Below are positions 14,901 to 29,900 of a DNA stretch of 64,000 bases, one piece after another (position 1 is the stretch's first letter; each line of letters begins with the position of its first letter). The DNA comes from Antedon mediterranea (lineage: Eukaryota > Animalia > Echinodermata), in contig NC_092679.1 in assembly GCF_964355755.1 (NCBI RefSeq), positions 4,680,201-4,744,200 of the forward strand, read 5' to 3'. The notes beneath the pieces are model-generated. The model was not told the origin of the DNA, searched no databases, and saw nothing but the letters and a program-made list of their open reading frames with translations. The translations under genes and the position numbers were made by a program.

Positions 14901-17900
14901 ACTTGTTGACCAATCACAATCAAGTCACATGACTGTGAGTCACTGGCCTATATTTTAGTTTGCTGACTTGCAATAACGTATGTTTTCCTCTCAAAAGTTT
15001 TTTCCACTTAAGCATGTCATCTAGCTTGCTATCAGGAGTTTGAGGTGAACAGCTATTGGCTTCTGCAATCTCTAATTAGCGATTACTTTCATGTTTTTCC
15101 AGATGCAGAGGTGATGAATTATATGTTGTTATGAATCGATACGATAGAAAATTTGAACATCCATGGCTTTGGTTTCATTTACTAACATTACTAGCCCGCA
15201 TGGCATTTCGCTAGCCCAAACTAGTAATACTATATGCTTAATAAAGCAATTAAAAGTTAAATAAAAGTCAGGTGCGCTACATTTTATGTTCTATTGAGCA
15301 CAGACCCTAAACAAATACTAAACATTTCACTTCAGTCAATAAATATTAAGGATTTCACTTAAGCGATAATCACAAAATAAGCTACTCTCTTACCTACCTA
15401 CTTTTAAGAATAGAATTAATAATTATTATTAAAATGTATTAAATAGTAAATTACTCACCAATATCATTGTCATAATTTGACCTCTTGCTAAGGTCACTTG
15501 TACTTCCTCTACGATTTAACAGTTGTCCACCGCCAACGTGAGGTGCGCCTTGTTGTTGCGGTGTACTGTCTACGTTAGATTTGCTGTTTGTGCCCAGGAA
15601 TATACTCGCTGATTTGTTATGCTTGGTATACGTTGTAAGTAACTCTTCTAACTCATTTTCACTGCAGAAGAATTTAACATAACATAACTTATTTTACAAG
15701 AAAGAAGAAAAAAAGCAAAATGCCTACAACCAGACATTTTTGTTTTAAATATTAGTTAAAATAACCTTTAAATTCAAATATAAAGTTTATTATTACCTGG
15801 TAATTATTACCGTACAGGTAAATAACTGATATATTTTCAGAGGTTCTGGACACAACAGATTGCAAAAATTCGGATATGATGTTATACTTGAATCAAACTA
15901 CCAAATAGTCTTGTTTATCTAAATTCAGATGGTGGGATTTTGCGCGAGCATGGAATCATGTTCAGTCATATATACAGTGATATTTTAACAGATATTATAT
16001 AAAACTTCTTAATACAAGTCGAATTGTTAGCATTCTGATCATAGTTTACCCTGCAACTGTCACAAATGTTGAAAAACGGTCATCAGAAACCGGCTGGTTG
16101 TGCTTCTGAGCGTTGGCTTGTAGGAAACGATCCGTCTTGAGGCGCGCCGATAGTTGATCAGTCTCCTAGAAAAGATAATAGTCAAGGTCAAAGGTGGCCA
16201 TCAACTGTCTGAAGGTCATTTACATACAAACACTTGTATATGACACAGGCTCCTGGAATTTATGGACAAATTTGAACATTTTTAATTGTATGCGTCAACT
16301 TTTTGACATCAATATTTATATTTTGGGCAAGTCATTATTTATTACTGATAAAATGAAACTAACGATAATTTGACCCCAAGGTTAACATTTGTGCACAAAT
16401 ATTTGTTAAATCTGAAAATAAATGATTGATTTAAATATAGAAAATATTTTTGACTGAATTGTAAATTTGGAAAATATCGCTATACAAACATGTATAAATA
16501 ATAATAATGTTCAATTTACTATAGCGCAAAATGCAGGATGCCTCTAAGCGCTGAACAATCAACAGAAAAATGAAGAGCTAAAACTAAAGAAAATGCATAT
16601 TAAAAAGGTGGGATTTCAGGACTTGTTGTTGTTGATATAATTTGGAAGGGCATTCCAGAGAACAGCAGCTGACCATGAAAAGGCACGTTGTCCATGTATT
16701 CTCTAAATATAATTCCTATGACATTACAGTACATAAGCGACTGTAGTCCACACTGATAAAAAGAAAATGGGCTGAAGAAATATACTCATTTTAAACATTT
16801 TGCCAGAGAGCGTTATTAGTAAAAATTCACTATGTCAAGCAAGGTAGCAATTGAAATATGCATAAAAAACAACTACCAGGAGCCACTTGGTAGTGGAATG
16901 GATGTATTAAAAACTGGAAATCTGACTCATACATGATTTGAACCTTGGACCTTATGGTTTATATTCCAGCCAACGAGGGATTTTATACAACTATCAGTAA
17001 GATATATACAGAAATTAAAAAAATTTCCTTTCAAGTACCTCAATATGGTTGACATTACTACAATAAAACATAGAATCGCAGTACATTACATGTCGTTCTG
17101 AAACCTCTTATCTTGGTTAGAAACGAGAATCCACACTATTCCACATGGTAGGGTAATGGTCTTTCAACGTCTTCTCCAATCAATTTCAACTTCAGGGTTT
17201 TTAACTAAATATATCCCCTACGGCTTATCAACAAAGTGTTTTGTTGATGTATATATAGTCTCATTGAGAATACCGCGGTAAGGCAGTGAGGTTTCCCTTC
17301 CTGTAACTTACTACGTACTGTCAATGTTACTCTGCGTTATATAAAACATAACAGTTTTCTTTTCATATATCTGTTAGTGTATTTCATGTTTCATCACCTA
17401 TCAAGCAGTTTAAACATAATGTTTATGTTCAATGCTAATTATTTATACAAATATTTTTCAAGTATTAAATTCTACAAAAGAAACATTATACACACGAAAA
17501 CAGTTTCAATTTATGTTCGTTAACTCCCAACATGGAATTATGGGAAATAGAGTAATAAGTAAAATTTCTCCTTTATTGCAGATTAATTGTAAACATACAT
17601 TATTTAAAGGTTAAATTAATTTGAAATGGTAAATTGAATAATTTATTTCCAAATTAAATTTAATTGCTAAAGGATAATACAGTATGTCAACAATAGTTTG
17701 TTGTCATACAATACTTGATTACAAATTGGGAAATTCCTTTTATTTTCATTAATTTTATAACTTTTTAATACTGCAAACACTATGATTTTGAGAGAAGAAG
17801 TTATTATAACTGAAGTGGAATAATTTTAACATGGATATATTTTTATTTTTTTCACAATAATTTAATTGAATCAATTATTTATCAAAGGGAGTTTCACTAT

Positions 17901-20900
17901 TTTCTGGGCCCTCTCCTCACTCTTTTAAAACATTGATTTATTATCAAGTTTTAATAAACTTAATAAACTAAACACTTTAGTATTACTTGATACCTAATAC
18001 TGGTAGCTTTTCTGTATTTTAAACGAAGAAGTTAGTTAAAACAAACAAACACTCAACCAATAAACAGTTTATGAATCCTTACAAATTTAATTTAATATCA
18101 GTTAGCTTTAAATTTCAATTTAATTTGATGGGAGGTTCTTAAACAAACTTCAGCAACAACAAACAAATAAATAAATACTTTACGCATAAACTGTTAATGT
18201 CAAAATAAGATTTTAAATTACGCATTAAGCATCACTAAATCGAAAACCCTCAATTAACTATTTTCGAAAAATGACTTGACTATAAAAATAATGATCAATT
18301 GGCTTTTTATGGATTAAGGGTGACAAGATAATCCAATGTTTTAACTTTTATCCCTATCTATCAGAGCATCTTAAAATTAGCTGTGTATGGCCATTTCCCT
18401 TTCCTTGGCAAATCATTTTAGTTAACATGACATTTCAATTTCATAGTTTTGATATTTCTGAAAAGTACAAATGGAGAACCAAATATGTGTAACATTGAAT
18501 AGTTTGGTGTAATCTGATTGGTTCATAAGTTGAAATATTGCATAAAATAATTATTAAGTATTCTGTCCAAAAGAGAGGAGGAAAAATGACAAACTGTCTC
18601 AAAATCAGAAATTTATACTAGACGTATTTAATAACCAATGTTCACAATATTCAAATATCCATGATATGAGCCAACCTATTGTTGAGCCCGGTTGTATTTA
18701 CCAATCACAATTCAGCGAGGTATTTCAGTTAATACTAAGAATCTCACTTAAGTCAATAAATATTTAAGAATTTACTTATTCACTTAATAAGAGAAAATAA
18801 AAATAAAGGTATAGATGTTTTTCTAATAGCCTACGTGTGATAACAGCAATTGAAAACATTTTGACACAGTCTACATAATACATTGTAAGTAACAAACACA
18901 TAGAGTGCTATAGCTACACACTGCGAACATGCTATTCAGTAGTAAGCAACCTTATGTATATTTAGCTGGCCTTAATTTTACGCACACTTGCTGATTTCTC
19001 AGCAAATTTCTTTATTTCCTCTCATGAGAATTACAATCTCTACCGTTGTGAATATTTGTGTGTATTAAATGCTATCCATTTCTCACTATCTCTTTACAAC
19101 ATGCTGATCTCTGATTTCTGCATATTTGGTAGCGACATGAATGTTTGTGATAAAAAAAAATTATGTACAACAAAATGATTTGATTCACCAGAAGAAAAAA
19201 ATATATTGAATAAATTTTGATTAATATATTCATATATTATTATATTAAAAGCTCTGTAAACTTTTCTGGCTGTTTAACTTTATCGTTTTGATTTAGCTTT
19301 TTTCGCTTTTTTTTGTATCTCTATTGAGATCCAGCCACTGATACCCACAGCATTGTCATTTTCCAGTAATTTGCCTTTGGATTCATATATTATTATTAAT
19401 ATATATTAATTCACAGGCTTGATCTTAATGGAGGATGCAAAAAAAATAAGCAAAAAGCTAAATCAAAATGATAAAGTAAAACAGCCAGAAAGAAATTAAA
19501 GCTTTCGGATCACTTATCCTTCCTCAGTGCAATTGAGAGTATTTTGTAGAAAAGTTTTTTTTCCTTCGCGTGGGTTCACCCCACCTATATTTCATCAACT
19601 TTAAAAATATTGAAACACATTGCACATAATAAATAAAATCATTAAATATAATTAATATTGTATTGCTAGAAAAGTTTATAACATTCCTTCCTACCTTGCT
19701 GTATATTTGTACAAAGTCACCTAGTTGCTTTGATAGAATCCTTCTTCGATCATGAATTTGCAATTTTCGACTTGGAACAATTACTTTAAAAGGCTCTTGG
19801 AGATTACCCGCTGCACGCTTTAAGAATCTTACAACCAAATCCTGAAAGAGAGATAAAAATTATTGGATAAACCAAAGTACTATTCAAGTACAACTATTCG
19901 AGAGAGTGACATATAAAATCTGCTACTGTATTATTGTTACAAAAAGATTAAATTTTATTTACGATAGAATAATATTTCTTTATCAAATCAAGGATAGAAA
20001 TTATACATACTACAGAAAACTCAACAGTTCTTTTCAGAACTATATATACGTGGTGTACCACAAACTTTATATCTACATCACCTCATTTACTAATGTATAT
20101 TCATTTATTTATTTATTTATTATTTCTGTTAATTAAAGTGCAGTTTCAATTCAAATGTACTGATTTCCAAAATGCTTTAATTACAAAATTGTAATAGATC
20201 TTAATTAAACATTGAAATAAAATATGATACAATAATAACAAATTGTATACTTGTTTTGCCTTGATATTGATTGTACCAATTTCGCTTAATAAAAGAAAAA
20301 ATTTTAAAAAATCAAAAAATCATACAAAGTTAAAATAAAAAAAAACACACAAAAAAAAAATCATTACATTTGAGGTAAAAGGTTGGTTTTACAGTATAAT
20401 TCACATCATGACTAAAATTTGAAAAAAAAAACACATGACATACAAAAACATCTGCAACTCATGTTGTCACATTTTGTGCATGACAAAGAAAACGAACTGA
20501 TAAGAAAAGTCCAATTGGAATCAGTAGTATGCAAAAAACCGAAAAGAAACTTTTCAAAGGTATGTTGCTTGACATATTAACTGACACTATATAGTGTTAA
20601 GTTGTCATGTGTTTTGTATTATTTACATCGTGTAATCACCTTACAAAAACTTGAGAAACAAAGAGAACACGATTTTGCTTTAGATAAGAAAATGAGTCCA
20701 ATCAGCTGATAGAGTGCGGGAAACAGAAAGGAAAAGTACGCACTGAGATGCCCTGGTTTCAAGCATGATGAATCGCTGGTACGGAAAAATGAAATTATAC
20801 CCAATATTAATTCAACAAGAAGAATGACACAGAGAAATAATCAACCTCAGAAATCTGCATCCGATGAACCAGTTAGTAAAATGTTATTAGATGTAATTAA

Positions 20901-23900
20901 TGATGATGACGATGATAAATATATCACATGTAAATTACCATTTATGAATAATTTGAGTGTAGAAATTGTTTCTGTTTTTTTTAGTGTGTGTGTGTATGTA
21001 ATATAAATAATGTTATAAAAAGTGTGGAAAATAGAGAGTAAAGATTAACCCATGTTTGTGGGTTTAAATTAATTAATATAATATATCAATTTAATAACAC
21101 ATATTTCATTCCTGTTTAAAAAAAAAAATCATATTTAATGAGGGTGATCCATCCAGCAATTGCTGATCATTAGGGACCCTCAGAGGTTCACAAGACAAAC
21201 ATATACACAAGATGCTCTACATAAACAAAGTCTTATTACAAGTCATTGGGAGTGTAGTTGTACATTTGACGGGACTTGAACCCAGGACCATTGGAGTGGT
21301 AGCCAAACATCATAACCACCAAGCCACAACTCCACTCAAATTGGTTAAATTCCCAATAAGAACAACCCAGTCCACTCAGCTAGAAATGAGTACCTGGTTG
21401 AAAAATACTAGGAAGGATTTAGGAAAGGAACTAGCCACCCTACAACAAAATGTCGAGGCTTAGTAGAATGGGCTTCCAACAGCTCATCCCTTCATTCAGA
21501 ATTAATAAGGGAATCTTAATATTGCATTTGTTTAAAATGGAACCATACAACAAAAATGCCATAACACAACTTTGTTGACAATTTTTGTTTTCAATTTTCT
21601 AACATCTCCAAGGTAGAGTTATTAAAAAATAGTTATAAATGTTGTTGATGAATAAAATATTATGATTATTTCTGAATCTGAAGTCTAAGATTTGTTATGC
21701 AGGAGATGATGATTTCAGTGGATTTCTACCATGCTGTCAAACCACAGCAAGTAAATGACATGCTTAAAATCCAATAACAGGACGTGTTAAACTATTTATA
21801 GATCAGTAAAACTGTCAAAATACTTACCTAAAATTGATAAATATAGTAATATTAAGTGGGGAATGGACTTTAAGTGACAAACTTACTTGGAAAAGCCCAT
21901 TTCATTTTTAGTATCTCGAAATGATCTTGGTAATATTATGCAAACCAACTTTTTCATATCGACTTTACTGTTAATAAGAGAGATCAAGTCACTGACACCA
22001 ACAGTACTTCCATTTTTCTCCCTAATAATTTGCCTTGGAAGATTATATAATACATATATAATCTTAAATTTGCCTAATAGGTATTCATCCAATTCAAATA
22101 ACCATTATAGATAGAATTAGTAGTTTTTTCTCACTCCCCATTATTTATATATTGTATACAACATTTATTATGGCATCATTTTTTACTATTTTATTTTAAA
22201 ATATTTAATATTATACATAATCAAAAAGTCAAATTAGAATTTTTCGTAACTGTTTTTTAAAAGAAAACATAATAAGAAGATATGGTGCTGTTTCTGTTAT
22301 TTTTTAAATATTTTTTTCAATGATTATTTAGAAACGGAAGCATAATGCCCAATGGTCCAAACCACAAGTTCCTATTAGGCCTGTGTTCAACAACAATGAT
22401 AGTCAAAATTACACGAAAAAGTCAGGATGGTAAAAATTATCAGCACCTCACATTTAATCTATCATTTTGATTACTTCCTTCTCAAAATTAAACACATAAT
22501 TTTTAAGAATTCTAAATTATTAATAACTATTTTCATTCATTAAAAAATGGATTTTTATGGAGAAATATATAATAATTTTCGTCTGGTGGATCTGTAAATA
22601 CAGGTATTATACAAAATAATAGATAGGTACGAAAACAGTGAGTACACAAAAAGAAACTTTCTGGGAGAAGAAAGTGATTGCTCTTTGATATAGTGTTCTA
22701 AATAAAATAATTACATATATTTAATCTTACTCTTCTAAATTATAAAGATAAATACACTACATTATTTTATCTGCTTTGCTATTTTTCCAACCGCTTATAA
22801 CGCTATTTAATTTAGTAAAAATAATAATTAGCCGATATTATCTTTTACAACAGGCCAACCCAGTGATCGTACCAAAGCACTATAAATCCTCATTTACATC
22901 CCAGTATCAAACCTGAAATCACAATACTATTTCCTTCAATTGTTTATTGAACAGGCACCCTAAAAGACAACGACCTCAACAAGTTCACACGTCGTCATTA
23001 ACTGCATCCTGGTACTGGTACTAGGAAACTATAGAATTTGTGCTATGTACACAGTGCTACCTTAAAAGCTATTGTTAATTGTAGGTTGGTAATGATATCT
23101 TGGAAACACATCAGTTGCAGATTCCTTTGCGTCATTTTTTTATTATCATTATGAGTTCCTTAATTTGAGGAACATAAAAAAAAACTTATTTAACAATTGT
23201 AAAAATTGTAAATTAATACATACAAATTTTTCAATTTTCGTTGAACTGTCAACATGAAAGTCGCAAACTCGTTTGCGTATTATAAGCGACATATTTTTTT
23301 TATTTATCATATTGAGGTCCTTAATTTGAGATAAACAAATTGTAAATCATTACATACCATTTGGTCATCATTTTGTGTTAAACTGTCAACTTGTTCATCA
23401 GTCGCAAAATCCTTTGCGTATTATAAACGACGTCATTTTTTAATTTATCATTTTAAGGTCCTTAATTTGAGGTTTACAAATAAAAAATTGGACATTTAAC
23501 AATTGTAAAAATTATAAATTAATACATACCATTTGGTCATCATTTTGCATTGAACTGTCAACGCGTTCGGGTGGTCGACTTGTTTCCCGCTGTAACCTCT
23601 GTTGCACCCTGGTCAGGTATGTGGCAAATGCTTGTCTGGCCTGTAACTTGCTAGAAAACGACAAAATGAAATGGAAATTTTATTTACGTCTAGACATACT
23701 ATGGTGTCGGTTTGTTACATGTTTCATGTGTGTATCATGTATATATTTTGCCTATAAATGTTTTGCATATACAACGTTATCCAAATTAGGTATGTTTTTT
23801 TTAATTCAATTAAGAAGACAATAAAACGATAAAGTATAACTAAATAATTTATAATTACAGAAATATTTTGTATAATGCGGTAATTTTCAAATTAAAATAT

Positions 23901-26900
23901 TTATGCAGTAAAGGAATTAACAATATTCACAAATCACCATAATATATTTATGACATCAATACAGTATTATATAATGTGATACAGAGGAGAGGGCAGCAGA
24001 CAGTCAGATGAAAACATAGCAGACAATATGATGATGTCATAGGTACAGACGGTGGAAAATGAATTATTCCCTTTTTTTTTCATTCTAAAGGGTGATTTCA
24101 CAGAGTTGAAATGATACTAAAATATTACAGTAGTTGCAGAACGCTAATACTACTTTAACTTTGAAATAAACTAAAAATAGATTCATCTATTAAACCAAAA
24201 TACAATACACCAAAATAATAAATAAGTTTTGAGTACAACCTCAAATACTAAAATTAATCACTACATTTAACATAAATCATTTTTCGAAAATGTTCTTCAA
24301 CTAATAATAAAATCCTATTAATGTCAGTTTCATTTCTTTTAACTCCAAAAGAAATTCAACCCATAAAATTACATGACAGCAATGATATTTAAGATGACAG
24401 ATATCGAAATGACGGTAATTAATTACAGATGCTTTTGCGGAAAATGTTATCAAGCATGAAAGCACTTATGTTGCTACCGCCATAAGTATCTTCTGGGATT
24501 CACCCACAAATCTTATCTTTGACTTCAGTAAACTTTCAACTAACTTGTTCGTTACGTTACCGCACTGATTAACTTTTGATCTTAATGCCACATTTTTACA
24601 AACCGCTAAAAAAAAAAACGCTAACAATTTTGCAATATTAAAAGCTTAAATTATTAAACAAATTATACTATATTCTGATAACTTCCGGAAAACTTGATAT
24701 TGTAGGCCAGACCAAGGACCAAACTGTTTGACTAATAAATACAATTAGTTATACAAAGTGTGCTGTTTTGTGGTGAGAGACAAAATGTTTTCTACATTTT
24801 TAAAGCAAATAGTGTATGCATAACAAATTCAACTAAATTGGTTTTGAATTCGTTTCAGGACATTTGGAGAACTCTAACAAATTTAAATTTTGACAAAATT
24901 AGTCAACCAAATCATTTCAGATAAAGTATGTCAAATAGTCCTGTTTGTTAATAATTGTGAGAGAGAAAGATAGAGCTCAACCATATACCACACTGTGTAC
25001 ACATACAACTCCCTCAACAAGTTACTGTTATATTATATTATATTACTGTTACAAGTTATATTAAACAAATATTCTTCAATGATGGTACAGAGACTTGTCA
25101 TTTGCTCATACAGACCTTTCCCAATGCCTCTCATAAAATGCTATCTATAAATTAGGCTCAGTAGTGATCAACATGCAAAAGTTACACAGACACCAAAACC
25201 CAAACTTTGCACCAATTAGAATGCAAAAGGTCAAAGTATCAACAAAGTAATTGAACACCTGTCGATAAATATAAAATTCTTGGAATAAAAATACTTTATT
25301 CATTATCAAAAAGTATCCAATGTAAAGCCACATCCCGTACAAACATACGAAACCAAAGAGGATAACCACATCCTGTGAGGCAGAATCAGGCCATTACTGA
25401 CTCTAAAATATCATGGCATGATTTCAACTTTTGAATTAAAAAAATTGTACTAAAAAGTCTGGTAATGTGAATGAGGTAATTCTATGGTTTTATAAATGTA
25501 TTTATTCAACATCTCACTAAGATGTTGAATGATGGGACCAACAAGTGGTAAACACCTCTTCAACGGTCCAGTCCCAATTGCACAGTGGCTGTGTGACAGT
25601 GGATGTGTGTGTGGACTAGTAAACAGGGGTAAGTCCCTACTAGTCTGGAAAGATGTACTAACTAGGTTTTTTAAAGTGCACATGAGTTAGATGTCTACAC
25701 TGGACCTACGGCTTATAGTACTTATCCGAGAAGACTCGTTCTACCACCAGAACCTTGAAGTGAATAAGCATGAACCCTTGCCGATGTTATGGCTACGTAA
25801 TTACAGATCCACTGTCTTAACCGCTCCGCCACTTACTCACTCTTGCTCACTAAATCAAATGACACTCAGTTAGGTCAGAATTCTTTATCCCAAGTACTAG
25901 TCGTGCGAACAACTACCTTTGAATTTTGTTTGGTAGAAAGATCAACATTTGTTAGAAATATTAACAAGTTTGTTTTATTAAACATCTGTATCCGAAGACA
26001 TGTTTCCCTCTAAGTTGACGTTGCAATGGTTCAGTTCACATCAAACTTTATAAATGTTGCATCTGTGAATAAATCTTAAATAATTGAGAATGAAATTCTG
26101 GCGTAAAATCAGAAGTTGATTGAAATGAAATGAGAGGGGCTGAACTCGACTATTTTCCTCCCAAAAGTTGTTTATAATTAAATTTAATTTTTTCCTCTTT
26201 CTGTTTTGTATGATTTGTATATGAATGTACTATCCGAAATAAAGGAAAAGAATCAATGATGTTTTTTTAGTTTTAACAGACCTTAAAGACCTTACGATAA
26301 GAAAAATGGTATACATATTTTCTTGGGAAATCCATAAAGTAAATTTTATTGATGATTTATTGTTCATTTTCACAAAGGAGGGAAGTGATCCCAATAAACT
26401 GAGGTCTTTATCCGAGTTTCCTGAACTGGGAAATTTAATCACAACCTTTGGGAAAATATTCAAAATGTATTAAATTGTATGCAAATATGTCACTATTAGT
26501 ATTACATAATGGAAATTTAATAAATCGTAATTCTTATTTCAGATTATTAAATAAGCCTTTAATGTTGGAGATATCAAAATGCACTTGATATAAAAAAATG
26601 TTTTCACAATTTTAAAATTACCTCTCAAAATGTGCATGTATTGTAAAACACAATTGTGAACTTTGAGAAAACAAGTTGTCAAGAAATCTGCATAAATGGG
26701 CGCAGCTTAAAAAAGCTTGTTGAATTGCAGAAAGTTCTTATTGAAAAACATAGCAGAAAATAGCAATGTTAATAATTGTGTCATATGTATCATATGTGAT
26801 GCCTGTATCATAGGCCATAAGCCTAATCCTACATACATATGTGACCTGTATTACAGAATTTGACTATGATACTGGCCAAGTAATACCGTAGCAAAAATAC

Positions 26901-29900
26901 AGTGCAGGCAATTGGGTGAATAATTATAGTATCATATCATTAGTCCAATTACACCTAAACTTAAAAATAGATTAAAAATAAATAACTGATAAATCAGAGA
27001 CAATGTGCTGCCCTGATCTATGTAATTAATTAAAAAATAAATCAAATTACTAATTCTATGATATTAAATTATTTTCCTTTGTCAATGTTATGACTCTTCA
27101 AGTTAAAATTAAATCATAATTTGCTGCATCATCATTGGTTAGCAAATCATAAAAATATAAGAAATCAATAAAGATAATCCATAAATTCATAATATTCCCA
27201 AGACAATAGTAATAATATGTTCAAGTTAAATTCAATTAATTGCCATTTATCTATTTATAACAACCTGTGTTGAAGTTAGTTCAGTGATGGGATAGTGATA
27301 GATGACCGGTTTTTAGTTGAATAATTTTATATTGTTTTAGTCATTTTGTTCAAGTGCCTTATAACACATTAAGCGCGGTTCCCACTAGCGACGCAACACA
27401 AGGATGTAACGCAACGCAAGTAAATTGACCAATCACAAGCGATGGCTTATTCGCTTGTGATTGCTAACTGTCTATAACTTCGCTTGTCATTGGTTAAAAT
27501 GCTTGCGTTGCGTTTACGTCCTTGCGTTACGTTCTAGTGGGAACCAAGCTTTAATGAGTACTTTTACCTGAGGCACTTGTGAGGACAAATATTAGAATAT
27601 AAAAAAATCATAGATATCTTTGGTATTTTTTTCTGTAACTGTGTAATTTACAGTTTTGGTAAGTTGCACATCCATAGCTAGGCATAGTTTGGCCCTTCTG
27701 GTGGTCAATAAGGCAGCACTGATGGATAATTGTTTCTCAGCAGAAGATGCTACAGAATGGCTTGCATAAAGTCAGCTCTTAGGAATCACCTGACAATTTT
27801 ATGGAACAGAGGAATTGAATTTAAGAAAAGATGCCTCTGTAAACTTTCTTTGCAATGTTATAAGACATAAGTCAGTTGTAATGCCTCTTTGTAAACTTTC
27901 TTTTGCAATTTTATTTTTTAACTGCCAGAAAATTAAGTGTTAACAGTTTCTTGATGCATGATTTGCTGTTGCTTATAAATACATTGATATGTATAGACAA
28001 CATAATGGCCTGTTAATTTTGAAGGTGTGGGTATAAAATGACCTCTGATACAATATGTAGTAAACCATTAAGGCTCTAAAGAGAGCCAGGCATTACAATG
28101 TGAAATCTATGTCAACCTCTGACACATATTAATCTGCTCATCCTTGCATGTAATCTCCTTTTAGACTCTGACATATTTTTTTCTCCTCGTGTAAGATTTG
28201 ATTCCCAAGCGTCAATCAATTTCCCGCGGATTGTGATTTCAAATAAAATGTCACAAAGCTATTTAAATCCAGCGTTGACCACATGTAGGACGCGGCTTCC
28301 TTACGGCTGTCGGTTGACAAGCTGCGGGGGATTCCAACTTAGTTCTGTAAATCAGCACGAATGACTTGACAAATTACATACATGTTTTGTGATTCACAAG
28401 TGGAAAATATTGATGAGAAAATTTAGAGAACTGCGTAATCAATTTTAAGGACTTACAAATATTCCTAGATTTTTTAAGATTATTATTAGAATTTTATGAT
28501 GGGCTTATATACATGCTTTGGTTTTACTTTCTGTTCATGTTTCTTAAGTTATAAAGTGATGATGGATTAGGAACCAATTTTAAATTAAACAATAATATTG
28601 TAAATGCTTTTAAAAATGCATTGTTTTTAAATTTGAAATTTGTTGGGCCTTAATTCTGCTTACAAACTATTTACAGTTTCTTGGAAGAGGACATTTTCAT
28701 ATTTTCTCTAAATAGTATATGTGGATGCAAACTTAAAAAAACAATTATGTTGTAAAAAAATTAGATTTTAATAACCATTCTGTTAGGAATAAGTAATTTA
28801 AAAGATAATTTTCTTTTTTAACAAAAACGGAGTATTTACACAAACGTTTCAATCTCTATCAGCTGACACTATAGCTCTTTCAAGAAAGAAAATTATATCT
28901 TATAAAGTTGGAAGCTAAAGAAATTCTTTGAAGAATAAGCAATTTGTTGGAACCATACCTTAGCTCACCTCCCATTCTAAGCAGTTCTGGTATATTGATT
29001 GACTCTCTCACATCTTTCTTGGTTGGCCTATGAGGTTCCTTCCTTAGTGGTTTATTCTCATCTTCTGGCTCAGGATTTTGGTGAGGAGGTTGTGGTATAG
29101 GAGGTTTCCCTGTTGATGTATCGCCAAGCCGCTGATACTGGCCGGTACCTTGATTGTGGTTTGCATCAAGCTTAGAACTCTGGGATGTGGCTTGGCTAGC
29201 CTCACTTTGTTTGGTACTTTGGGAGGCCTGGCTGATGTTTGAGGTACTGCTTTGACTGCTGCTTCTGCCCTTCTGTACTTGAGCCCATTGAGTGTCTTCA
29301 GAGGGCTTGGCAGTCGATGTTTGTAACTTGCCTTGTTTAAGTGTTTCTCTAATTAAAGGAGTTGAAGCAGCTGTTTTTGAAGGACTACATTCGGCTAGAA
29401 AAAAAAAAGTTCATTTTATAAGATTAAGAAAAAAAACAGGACCATTGTTATAGTATAAAAATTAAAAAGGCAAAATTTAGCTGAAAAGAAACAATAGCTA
29501 AAGCCTGGTTTCCATAAAATCGCTACACCGTGTCGCCGACTGCTGTCGCCGACAGAGCGTAGCGATTCTATGGAAACGCTAGAATTTATCGGGGATCTAG
29601 TACGCGAGCGCTAAATATCCTTTGGTACACACGCGTATACGATTCATCGCCGACAAAATCGGCAAAGTTGAACATGGTTGAACTTTGCCGATTTGTCTGC
29701 GATGAATCGGGGAGACCTCCCCGATGCGCGTCGGCGACATCTGCGCGTGTAGCGATTTCAATGGAAACGGTGTAGCGATTTTATGGAAACCAGGCTTTAG
29801 TTGTTAATAAACTGCAGTACCACCTAACTTGGTAGGTACACAACAGAGGTATTAGTTGAAAACAAAAGAAATAAAAAAGGACACCAAAGGTTGCCTCTTA

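Noticed and set aside
14920-15071. Minus-strand open frame [17 protein letters not shown]... in phase with c25
   Set aside because: Poor polypyrimidine tract, no in-phase donor and no homology; c25 joins c26 directly.
20640-20775. Phase-compatible minus-strand exon candidate ([15 protein letters not shown]...)
   Set aside because: No TTLL5 homology; the true exon for this position is 23530-23650.
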